Shown piece after piece: positions 52,707-64,000 of a stretch of DNA of 64,000 bases. The DNA lies in the NCBI RefSeq assembly GCF_036321535.1, contig NC_087437.1, forward strand, positions 86,802,001 through 86,866,000, in the 5' to 3' direction. Position 1 is the stretch's first letter. Each line of letters opens with the position of its first letter. The notes under the pieces were generated by a model. The model saw only the letters and a program-made list of their open reading frames with translations. It ran no database searches and was not told where the DNA came from. This DNA is from Camelus dromedarius. Taxonomy: Eukaryota. A program made the translations under genes and the position numbers.

Positions 52707-55700
52707 GTAAGTTTCTATGTGAATTTTGCTGCATTTAGTAGAGGGACTAGTATAAATTGGAATTATTAATTTTCTTGGATACTAAATATCAATGCTAATG
52801 TTGGCCTCAAACATAACCTTAAGATCTGCAAATGATCTCTCACAGAATTCTGCTCCTCTCAAATAGACATGACAATAATAAGTAAAAGCTTATTATGATA
52901 TTTTATGAAGTGTATGGTATCTGTTATCACCATCCAAAACCCTCTGTGATAATAAGTGAAGCCATGAATATAAAAGTTTGATGCATTTTCAGTTATGGTG
53001 GTCTTGTTGCCTTACCCTGTGTAACTGATCATTAACAACAGAAGATTTTTCTGTAATTAACTAGTCCTCATGCTGTTGATCCTGTTTCAATATGCACTGT
53101 CATATAAAATGTTCAAAATAGTTGGTTTAAGCACTTCACATCAATTTCCAAAAATTATCTACATATGTTTAACACAGGAGAGAAAGGAAGTAAGAACCTG
53201 TCTTGATTCTCATTCTGGTTTTAGCTTTATGCTTTTTATCAGACATTAAAAATTGTTGAGATGCATGTAGCAATGATAATTTTCAATTTTCCCCAAATAC
53301 GCCTCTATCATTCTAAATGAATGCTATCTTGACTTTAGCCACTAAATCCTCGCTCCACTGAAACAAAAACAAAACTGCAGAGCTGGTGTAACATGCCTCT
53401 CCTGCTGAGTCCCCATCGGTCCAGGTGTTAAAAATTGGACTCTTTTTTTTTCATGCCCTTGATATATGAAAACAAAACCAGAAGGAAGCTTGTTGAGGAA
53501 ACTGTGTTTTAAACAGTAGTAGCTCAATCTGTTGATTTACAGGCTACTGATTTACAAGCTGTGAATGAATTGAAGCCTTCAGCAACAGGAAGCTCTGCCA
53601 TTGGGAAACCCTAGAGCTCCAGCTGGAGCCCGGGGACCAACTTGAATGCTTACAGGAAAACTCACTCCAGGAGCCCTCTGTAATCAGAGTTGTTAACCAG
53701 AAGGAAATGTCTTCAGTGCTCTTACATGGCTCTTAATCAGATACTGACAGAGAGCCTTTGATCAACGCATTTGCACCATGAGGTTAACCAGAGGGTTCAG
53801 GACGTCCACATGGATTTCACAGTCAGCTCCCAATGTACACAACCAACAGAGAGACCATTCAAGCCCGATCCTGTGGCGGGCTCCCTCTCTGTCCTCTCAG
53901 CCTCCGGGGCCTGTTGTGGGGATTAATGAACTACATTTTTCAAGCTTCTTGCCATCTCTGGACTAGAACTGAGAGTGAAACGCAAGGCATTGTTGTGGAG
54001 GCCTGCATGTTACTTCTTTGATTTCTGAACATGTCTTAATTGAAACCTTAGACAGTGGCACACAGCCCGCTGCCCTGTGTTGGGCCTTTAAGAACACAGA
54101 GGAGGAGAGAAAGAAACCTCAGGGAGGAATTATCTCACAGACAGAGATCACTGGTCGGTGAAATGGCCCCGGCTGAGTTATTTTTCATTTGCCAGTTTGG
54201 TTGGAATCCAGAATCCGTGACTAGGAACGAAACGACCCTGTCTTCCTGGAGCCGAGAAACAAAGTAGGCACAGAAGTACCAGAGCCAGCAGCTCATGAGG
54301 TGCATCCCAGAGAGGCTGAGGAGAGAGTTCGATAACGTTTTTCTGTCACTTTAATTGCCTGTGAAAGATTCCATGTACTTGGTGTTAGTAGACAAGATGG
54401 ATTAACTCTATTTCGTGATAGGGAAGAAGAAATTTCTGGGTCTGTACGGAGCTCCATGTGGGGGAGAGATGAATAAGGTGATAACTAGATTCTCTGCATA
54501 TGTATTAAAGCAGCACATGGCAGGGTGAAAGTTTATTTCTGCACTCGGTCATATTCATTGGCTGGTACAGGAAAGATATGAACGTAAATAATCATAAAAT
54601 TGTGTAATTCTACAGGTTGCAGTTAGGCTTAAAATGGTCAGAAATAAAATAAGATTAATTAAAAAAGAACTAAGTATTTTCTGTCATTCAGATGTTGACG
54701 TAAGACTGGCAGTATGTATCTAAGAGCTACCAAAAAATAAAAACAGGCAATTGTTAGGTAGAAAGAAATCAGTTTCTTTTTTATTTTAAGGATTTACAGC
54801 TATGATTTTAAATAGTAAATGTAAACTTCAAAATACAAATTCTTTTATAGTCCTTACATCATTTGGTTTTTACTTCTAAAATAACCCTCAGGAAATTGAA
54901 GAATCACCTTTCATGCTCCAGTTACTGACCTGTCAAAGAAAATATGGAATAATCATTGAGGCAAAATAAAAGATAAGTGGTTATGGTTAGTTTTTAGACA
55001 TATTACCTTGACACTTATAGAATGATTATATTTAGGGAAGAATTTTTTTCCTTGCCTTCTTTCAGATTAGCTAATTTTATTCCAATTTGGGGGAGCAGCT
55101 AATATTCTTACCTTCCAGACAGCAATATTTATTTCAAATGGAGTCACCAGTCCACTTACTGTTTGAGAATATGTTGAAATTGTTACATGTGAGTTATAAT
55201 TTGAAGTAAGTAAATGTTTAATCTTTTCTCTCTAGAATTCACTGATTTTATTTTTCACTTAGACTCAATTTCATAAAGAATCAGTTTAAAAATCATAATA
55301 AATATGATTTTTTAAAATTAATCGAGATAAAGTTTTAATGAGTTTTAGCAAAATCTTAACAGCACTCCTGTAATGGCAAATATGCTAAGTTAGGCATTTG
55401 TGCAAGACTTTGAGGTGTGCAAAGAGATTGCTGAGTGTCCTTTGGATGGAATGTTGGGCATCGTATAACTGACTCTCTGAGATTATCTGATTCTATAGGA
55501 CTGTTCTCCTGCAATAGATAGAAGTTATCTCTGAGAAAACTGAAATAATGTAGCTGTTTCCTGGAACTGGGTTACATAGCTGTGTGAATGATTCCTTGAT
55601 TCTGTACAGAATATAAATCTCTAGACTTCTCATTTGAATTGATTTAAACAGTTTATTGTTTATCTCACTAATTGGTGGATTAAATGAAATCTTTGGTAAG

Positions 55701-56529
55701 TGTTCAGTTTGTAGTAGAGACGAGAGCAACAACTTTACCTGTCTGAAAATTATACTCTCACAGACCTAATGCAGAAAAAGAGTTCTTTCAATTAAAATAA
55801 AACAAGTTCATTTTAGTTTTCCCTTATGATAACATTTTCACAATAGTTAATGCTAAATCTGCTTGTTAAAAATATACAAGAGAAATGTATCAGATTCTAG
55901 AATGTACATTGGGGAAGAATGTTTTGGTTTCATTTACTAATAGTGTTCTCATGAACCTGTAACAGTGCTGTATTGTGTGTATTCAGTATTCATTGATCCA
56001 TACAGAGATAGCAGAACATAAAAATGGAAACAGAGAATATAACTAAATCTAACAGGAAGGATAATATGCAAATATCAAAGGAAAAACAGAAATCTTCCTC
56101 CTTCCCAAGACAAAAATTGATTTTAAATGATGTCATATTAGAGTGTACCCCAGAAAGGGTAGGAACAGAACTTCCTTTATTATTATTACCTAATATTGCA
56201 AGAGAGTTTTTTTCTATTTGTTTTTGCTCTCTTTCTTCAAATTCTTAAAAAACTATCATCATAATTGGCTAATTCGAAAATACAAATGCAATCCCAGGAT
56301 CTGTCAGAACTGTGAGCAATGATTCTTCTCAATATTAAGTTTGGGCTTTTATTCTAACATAAGAATGTAATGAAATAAAAGCTTCTCTATAATTTATCTC
56401 CTGCAATAGAATTACAACATTTTTCCCTTTCACACAACCTATGGAAAATAAATATGAGTGAGGTTATCTTATACTATTCTGTCCTATGAACAAATACATA
56501 TTAGGTCAACTTCTCTACTGGTTTAGTAA

Positions 56530-57790
56530 ATTGGATATGATGTGTCTTTGTGTAATTTAGTATGTGTCCCCTGCTTGAGTTTCATGGAATTTTTGGAATT
56601 GTTAAGTTTAAAATTTTTTCAAATTTGGAAAATTTTTCAGCTATTTTTTTCAAATATTTTTTCACTCCCTTCCTTATAGGACTTTCAATCCGACAAATAG
56701 GCTTCTTGAATTTGTCCCTATAGATCACTGATATTCTTTACATTACTTTTCAGTTTTTCCTGTGTTCCATTATGGAGACTTTATTGCTATGTCTTCATGG
56801 TGGCTAATATTTTGTTTTGTACCATCTATTCTGCTCTTGATACCATTCAGTGTATTTTCTTTAATCTGAGACACTGTATTTTTAACTATAGAAATTGGAT
56901 TTGGCTTTTTAAAAATATCTTCCATATCTCTTATTAACATGATCATATTTTTCTTTAACTTCTTGAACATATGCTGTGTATTTGTAGTAGCTATTTTAAT
57001 GTCCTTGTCTAGTAGTTCTGTCATCTGTATCATTCTGAATTCATTTCTACTACTGATTTTTTTATGGGTTGTACACCCCCATGTGCATGACTGTAAGCTT
57101 TAGTTTTTTTTAACCAGATGCCAGAAATTGTGAAGTTCCATTTGTATGTAATAGAGTTTTGGGTTTTTTGTTTTGTTTTGTTTTTTGTTTTGGTATTTCT
57201 TTAAATATTTTTAATCTTCATTTAAAGACACAGTCAAGTTATCTGTGTACAGTTTGATTCTTCTGAAGTTAGTTTTTAAAGCTGTTTTAGGCAGAATCAG
57301 AGTAACCTTTCATCTAGGCTAGTTTGGCCCCAATACAGAGACTATGATTTCCTGAGTAATTTACCTGATATCCTTTTTCTTCTCTTTTTCTCTTAAAACA
57401 TGATCTATTACCAGCCTTTTGTGAGCCTTGGTAGTTGTTCTGTTTCCTCCTTTTTTCAGCTTCATGTAGTTTTCTCACATGCATTACATGATCATTAATC
57501 AGATTCAAGGAGGATCTGTTTCACATCCTGAGTTCTGTCTGTGCAACTCTCCCCTTTCCTGGGCTCCACTCTTGAATTCTTGATGTTGTGCTTCCTCAAA
57601 TGCTCAACCCTGTCTCTGCTACTTGGCTCATGTTGCTTATCCTTCTTCCTTCCAAGATAACTGCCCTCTGCTGCCTGTTGACTAATATCTGAAGACCATT
57701 GATTCCTCTATATAGTCCATGTTTTTAATTGTGTTAGGCTGGAGAATAAATGTGATATCTCTTACTTCATCATGGCTGGAAGTGTAATTC
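56530..57790 (-). mobile_element. Old LINE-1 5'UTR/ORF1 remnant
   Basis: ORF 56770-57033 (MIQMTELLDKDIKIA...NTLNGIKSRID...ISHHEDIAI) resembles the L1M ORF1p N-terminal coiled coil. Confidence 0.8.
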
Positions 57791-58589
57791 TGCTCTCTGA
57801 CTCAATTAAACTGAGCCTCTGAGATTTTTTTTTTTTGTCTTGAACATTTCACATTGGTCAAGTGTAGAACATTAGGGCTAGGGTACTAAAAACTATACTC
57901 GGTGCCAGGCAGAAATGAAGAGCTAAGCAGGTAGCCACCAGAGGACCTGAGGCAGGCCTTAATGTCTGTCTAACCCCATGTCATAAAGTGTAAGTCACTT
58001 GGTCTCTGTGAGAAATGAGATGTGAGTGAGAAGTGAGAATCCTCAGGACATGTATTTTGGGAGAGGCTTTACACAAAATTGCACTTCATATGAGTCAGAG
58101 TTGAACTGTGGGGTCTCATTAGTTCTAGGAAGTATATCTGCTTCCTTTCACCCATAGAGATCAGTGCATAAGACACTAGATAATCTTCAAAAATAATAGA
58201 TTATCCAGAGTAAAGACATCTAACACTACTTGAGTGATGATGAGTACCTAGTCTTTTTGAAGACAGAAATGAGTTAAATAAATCGTAGATTTTGACTCTA
58301 GTGCAAAGAGAAAATGGCTTTGCTACTGTATACTATTAAAAAAAAAAAAAAAGGAAACAAAACTCCCTTTATTTCTCCATTGAGTAAGAGTGGTATGTTA
58401 GGCTAGCAAAGAGCACTAGGTGAAAGGGGAGAATTTTTGTTTTATTTTTCCTTTGATGTTTAAAATTAGTTTATAGAAAATAGTCATTTGGTTTGCAGTA
58501 TCCGAGTGCTGATGCCCGGCCACTGTGACTGTGCAGGTTGCACAGTGCGCAGTCTGGGCTTCTTTTTCCATCACGGTCTACAGCCTTTA

Positions 58590-58728
58590 ATAAGGAGTAG
58601 TGACATCATTTCTAGGAACTTGTTAGACATACAGCATTTCAGATCCCATCCCAGACCTAATGACTCAGAATCAGCATTTTAACAAGATCCCAGGCAGTGT
58701 TTATGCTCACTCTGTTTGAGAAGTGTCT
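58590..58728. mobile_element. MER5A-like DNA transposon remnant
   Basis: 'ctaggaacttgttagacatacagcatttcagatcccatcccagacctaatgactcagaatcagcattttaacaagatcccagg...gtttgagaag'. Confidence 0.85.
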
Positions 58729-61700
58729 GTGAGATCAGTGCCCTGGAGTTGAGAAGTGCACACCTCACCTGGCCCAATGCGTGTGTCTGAGAGAACCCAA
58801 GTTCTTAAAGGGTCTTCTTTGATGAGCAGGTTGACTTGCAGAAGTGGGTTGAGGCCTCTGGGTAGCCACCATATGGTTTTTTAACTCAAATACAGAAACC
58901 CTGAAGAATCCACTTTTCTCCCTTATTTCTTTCCCTTCTCTTTTCCCCTAATACTCTCCTCTGGGTTCCATCTGCCAGCATGAGCTTAAAGGTGTCAGCC
59001 ACATCACTGAAGGAAAAATCACTGTAGCTCTCTCATGCCAGCTGGAGGCTATTATATGCCTTCTCTCCCTCTGGCTGTTTGTACCCTGTAAGCTGCAAAG
59101 TGAAGTGCTGGTTTAATTTCATCAGAGGCATTCAGTGAGAGTGGCCTGATAATTCTCAAGCACGTAGAATAAGTATTAGAGGAATATTCCGTTTGTGTTT
59201 GTAGAGACACATGCTACTCATGTCTTTTCTCTCTTAAGTCTAAATTCTGAAATAATTATGTGCGGGCAGTTGGCCAACTGCAGTACAGATAAAAATTTGA
59301 TTGGATATGTTAATGGCTAATTGGATGAAGAGGAGGAAAATTCCCACCTACTACAGTTTCCCCAGCTCTCTTGTTAATTCCCAGCAGTGCCTGGGAAGAG
59401 ACCTGTGTGCTTCACATGGCTGTCAAGCTGCCAGGTTTCTAGGTGGTCACTGAGGACAACAAGCCAAACTAAAGGTAATCATCAAGACTTGATTCACTTA
59501 CTGAGATATTAAGAGGCAAAAATCAGTACTAGGTCTCTAATGCTCCGTTTTTTCCCAGAGAGCAGCACCAGGCAAGGGTCAGGTGGATCAGCACAGATAA
59601 GGGGGATCTTCTCACTGGTTACAGTGCTGGACAAAAGTCTCCCATTGGTTTATGGACCCACAGGGCTAGAGGGAGTGAGAAGGGGAAGTGTTAGGTTTTA
59701 GGAGCAGAGAAGGGCTGAGTGGAGAAAAGAGGACTCCAAAGGGAGGCACCAGGCTAGGAATGCAGGTTTTCATGTGAGCATGAGTCCCTGACTGCTCCAG
59801 AAAGCCGCAATGCGCTGGCCATGCATCAAGTCTGGTGTGGAGAGGGCAGCTTCCTCCACCCTGAGGCCTGCCAGGTGAAGCCTTGTAATTGCCTACAGTC
59901 GGTTGGGCATGAAAGATCACAGAGGGGATTCTAACCTGGAGCTGGACTCCTCAAATTCAGCCTGGAGACAGCCGATGCAAAGATAAAAAGTTTATTTGAG
60001 ACCAAAAGTTCTGGTCTACCTATAAATCTTCACTGCATGGGACTCACGTATGAGGTTCGTAAAACCTGAGTGTATTACAACAGATATCTCTAGGCAGTTC
60101 TACCTACCAGATAGGCTCTTAATAAGCAGGAGTTAGAAGTCTTAGTGAAGTGTCCATACCAGCCCGAAAGAGAATATAAAACATTGATTTCTCAATGGAG
60201 ATTTTGCCCTTGAGCAATGCCACTTACCATTTTCAGGTGTTTGCTTATCTAAGGGTAAATATTTATTGACTTTTCATTTTTACTCTTTGTTTGGAATATC
60301 AATAGATAAAGTCCTGACAACACAGATATTGAGGTCAACCTATTAGCTGGTTTCGAGGAGAGAATTTTCTAGGTCTCTAGGTGGCAGCTCTGATGAAAGG
60401 TGATATTCAAGGTAGTATGTTTTTATGCTATTAGTTTTAGCAGTTTTAGATTATATTTTGCTGATTCTGTTACAGAAATGCCTGTAGCAAAACCCCAGAA
60501 TTCAATTTCTTTTCTAGACTTATAGGCATAGACACTCTCGCCATTGTTTCTGTATTGTGGTTCCCTAAATTGCAGTATATATTCCCAACCTCTAACTCTG
60601 ACATGAGCCACAGCTGCCTTTGCCAGCAGGCAGGTACCACTTTGAAATCCTGAGCATGGCCTCTCAGTAGGCTACCACCTCTTCCCTTAATCCAAGGAAA
60701 GGAGAAGCAGCAGTGCGAGCTTTCCAGTCCAGGGAGCACCACTGAGTCCCCAAGACTTCTCTTAACACACAGTAAGAGGAGAGCATTCCCTGAAATAACT
60801 TGCATTTTACATTCCCTTAGGAAGTGGGGGTTTAAGGATAATTACTCTGATTTTAAAATTCTTTCCTTATCTTGAGTTGTGTTTTTTTTTTTTTTTTAAT
60901 ATCCTAGTGCCATGGAACAATTCATACTGGTTATATTTGGAAACATTCAAAACAAATGAGAATTCTCAAGAGGTGATGACTAAGAAGTCACACAGTAACC
61001 ATGAATACCAAATGAGTTATGACTCTCATCATTAGAATCAAGTGATTTTGAGACAATGTCCATGACCCTCTCAGTAATCTGATATCCACAAAGGAACATG
61101 GACTTTCAGTAGTCAACCCTGATTTGTAAATATCACTATATTACAATGAAAATAAGCCTTCAAGTTTTCATTAGAATTCTGTAAAACCCTGGAACATATA
61201 GCTTGGGCAGTGAACAGATGAGCATATTAATTTTTCTATACTCTTTAGATGAGTAAAAAGTAGATATTAATAGCTTTTAAGAACTTTATCTCAAAGCTCA
61301 TTATCTAAAAATATTGAAATTATTCCAGGAAAGAGAAGGCATGGTGGTGTGGCTCTCCAATTTCTGAGTTCATCAGAATATTTCTAGGGCACCAAGTCTG
61401 AGAAATAGGCTACAAAGTTAAAAAAGAACAAAAACAAAAACACGGAAGGCACTCTACCCATAATGAAGAGGGTGATTTGTAAGAAACTGAGAGTGCTTTC
61501 CAAGGAAAAAAAAGTCTATTCTAGGGAAACAGCTTGCATATTGGCTAATGAAAACTTTTCAAGTTTTATCACAATGATAGCTATCAGAGGTCAAAATGTG
61601 CCAATGGCTAACCAAATCCATTAAAGGTTATTCACGTTTTCAAAGCGAAAGTGTAGGTCAGCACAGTATCCAAACACCCAGAGAACGCTTATAATACTTG

Positions 61701-62559
61701 TCTGCACTTATGACTAGTCTAGTTGTCAATTGTTATGACCAGAGACTTTGCTCTAGGGGGTACTTAGCAGATGAGAATTTAGACTTCAGAAATGTGAATC
61801 AAGCACATTTTTGAAGGCCATAATGTAGTTGTTACTCCTTAGGTTGAAATTGATGTAGGAAATAAGTGAAATTTGAGTATGAAGGAAAATAAATTGGTTT
61901 AAAGGAAAACATTCATGTCAGTTTCTTGCATTTCTTATTCCAAGAAGAAAATACTTATGAAGTTAAATCTTCACAAAGGGATCTCCTCGTGGACACAATC
62001 CTAATTCTAACACGACTCTTTTCTGCATGGATTTATGCCATGGGAACATCTCCCCAAGTCTAAGTCATCTGGTTTCAAGTAATACCCAGAAAGTCTTCTG
62101 CAGGATAATTAGTACTGGTTGCTGATCCAATTCCTTCAGAATAGTTCAAGGAGAGCAACTTAAGAGAGAGAGCCTAGCTATGCTCTCCAAATTATGTCTC
62201 CACTGCTACATACCCACTAGGGTGAGTTTTAAAGCATGCCCATTTACTTCCTTTCCAATGAATATGAATAAACCCATAATAAAATGATATGTTTCTAACT
62301 GTGTGATTATTTGACACACACTGCAGTACCACCATAGTTTCCATGGTGTTCCACAGACCCAGTCAACAATAAGGAGAAGCATAGATTTCTTCAATTCCAA
62401 TATTCTGGTTACATAAAGAGGAGCTTTGAGATAACTGTAGCCATTGTAATGAGCAATTAGAAGCTTGATGAAGATTTTTATTAGTTTTAAGCCACAAGGA
62501 GAAGGAGATGGTTTATATTTTGGATTTCAAACATAAATGATAAGTATCCATTTTCTTTT

Positions 62560-63360
62560 AAATGAACCATTTGTTTACTACCTAATTAATGGTAAATATC
62601 TAAGTATGTTAGGCTCAGGGCTAGGAGAATTAGAAGTAACAGAAATTGACTTTTTCTTTGTGAGGATTCAAATTGATAAGGGAAACAAGATGTATATGTA
62701 AATATAGGGAAGATGATTATAATAGATGACAGTATCATAATGTAGAAAATTGTTAAAGTTGAATTGCAACAGAGGAACTATTAGAACCCTAATACTAATA
62801 CTGCATATTTTGTGTATGAAAAAATGGCAGTGCAATTCATACACAATTGGGGAAACTCTAGTGAAGCTTATTTTTTTTTTGATATAGAACTTTTCAGAGT
62901 TTTTAATATGGTAATGTATGTGGTGAATTTACAAAAAGTATATATTCAGTTTACAAGAAGTATGTGTTCAATTTTGGACATCTTGAATTTGGTAGCCTAC
63001 CAGACTCTGAGAAGTGATGTCTAACACAATGATAAAAATATTAGAATATGGCTCCTTTAGTTTGGAACTGCATATACAGATTTGTGGTCTAACCACAAAG
63101 AGGTGTTAATTGCTGTCATCAATTTGGAAAGAAGAAAGTATAAGTCAGATAAAATAGAGATCAACTATATTTGAAGAATTTAAAAAGGAATCTGAAGTTA
63201 AGAAATCAGATACAGAGAAAGGACTAGGAGCCTGTGAAGCCAAAGACAATAAATCTTTAAGGAGAACAGAGCGGCATCAATATTTGGACGACACAAAAAT
63301 CAAGGAGACTGTAAGGACTCAGAAAAGGTTACTGCATTTACAAACTGAGTGACACTGATT
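62560..63360 (-). mobile_element. L2 LINE remnants
   Basis: Purine-rich degenerate L2 antisense motifs ('gtgttcaattttggacatcttgaattt', 'gtgaagccaaagacaa...tttaaggagaa', 'aatcaaggagactgtaaggactcagaaa'). Confidence 0.55.
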
Positions 63361-63529
63361 ATTTTTTAAGAAAAAGGTTTGACAAACTTGAAGATAGCAC
63401 CAGGTGATAAATGAAATAGTGAATATAAAAAATGGAAACTAAGCGTGACACACATATACAGCCCCAAACCATGCTGCACCTGAAGAAAATGATACAGAGG
63501 TAGGCAGACACACCCAGTATTCTACAAGC

Positions 63530-63685
63530 ATGAACCACAGGCCACTGCCTATTTAAAAGCACAGATTTCTTAGACAAATCCCCTGTCTACTGAATCAGAT
63601 TCTCTAGAAACAAAGACTGGGAATCTGTATTTTTATAAGTTCCATGTGTGATTATTCTGTACACTAAAGTTAGAGGACCACTGCT
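63530..63685. mobile_element. MER5-like DNA transposon remnant
   Basis: 'ctactgaatcagattctctag...ctgggaatctgtatttttataagttccatgtgtgattatt...ctaaagttagaggaccactg'. Confidence 0.8.
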
Positions 63686-64000
63686 ATTTATATAGTATCT
63701 TCCCAAGTCAGTGCTTTATTTATAAATGTCAAATGTTGGAAAATAAAATTGATTTAATAAAAAATCCAATGATAAGTATTATAGAATAGTTATTTTCCTT
63801 CTGCCACATTAAAAATATTAGAAAAGCATTAGTGAATCAACAATAAGACAAACATTCTAAGGTCATAGCTTTTTAATATTAGTTGAGGTCACCATGGTAA
63901 AAATGGAAGTGGAAGATTTAAATGTTTCTACTTTCAAATAAAGGAGTTAAAATATATAAAATCTGAGTATTGGAATAATGTCAAAAGTAAAGCAGATTCA

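Noticed and set aside
1132..63577. ORF-track entries as protein-coding genes
   Set aside because: All are short (60-135 aa). Many use non-ATG starts or lie in repeats or low-complexity DNA, and none resembles a cellular protein I recognise. Those at 1282, 14610 and 56770 are decayed L1 fragments.
1..64000. CRISPR array, operon, defence system or other novel multi-gene system
   Set aside because: The sequence is mammalian repeat-rich DNA with no regularly spaced repeat-spacer array, no long ORFs and no sign of microbial or non-retroviral viral inserts by eye.

Overview
This is AT-rich, CpG-poor mammalian nuclear DNA, most likely camelid: it carries a Vic-1-like tRNA-derived SINE at 47223-47356 and cetartiodactyl/camelid-type L1 3' ends. 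It reads as intergenic or intronic sequence dominated by layered transposable-element remnants: L1/HAL1, L2, MIR, MER5, MER58, MLT/ERVL LTRs, an ERVL internal pol remnant, and two younger solo LTRs with intact target-site duplications (TSDs). I cannot support any intact protein-coding gene. The only ORF-track entries with recognisable homology are decayed L1 ORF1/ORF2 fragments. The best-supported unusual items are: (1) an L1-retrotransposed copy of the extreme 3' end of 28S rRNA with poly(A) and TSD; (2) an L1 3' fragment flanked by an unusually long 49-bp duplication; (3) an ERV2/ERVK-like LTR whose end looks like LTR + PBS stub + repeated LTR terminus; (4) a candidate, possibly bidirectional, promoter/first exon at about 52.2-52.7 kb with a motif-rich enhancer-like block just downstream. 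I found no convincing evidence of a novel biological system. Repeat family names and the boundaries of old repeats come from recognition by eye and are approximate.
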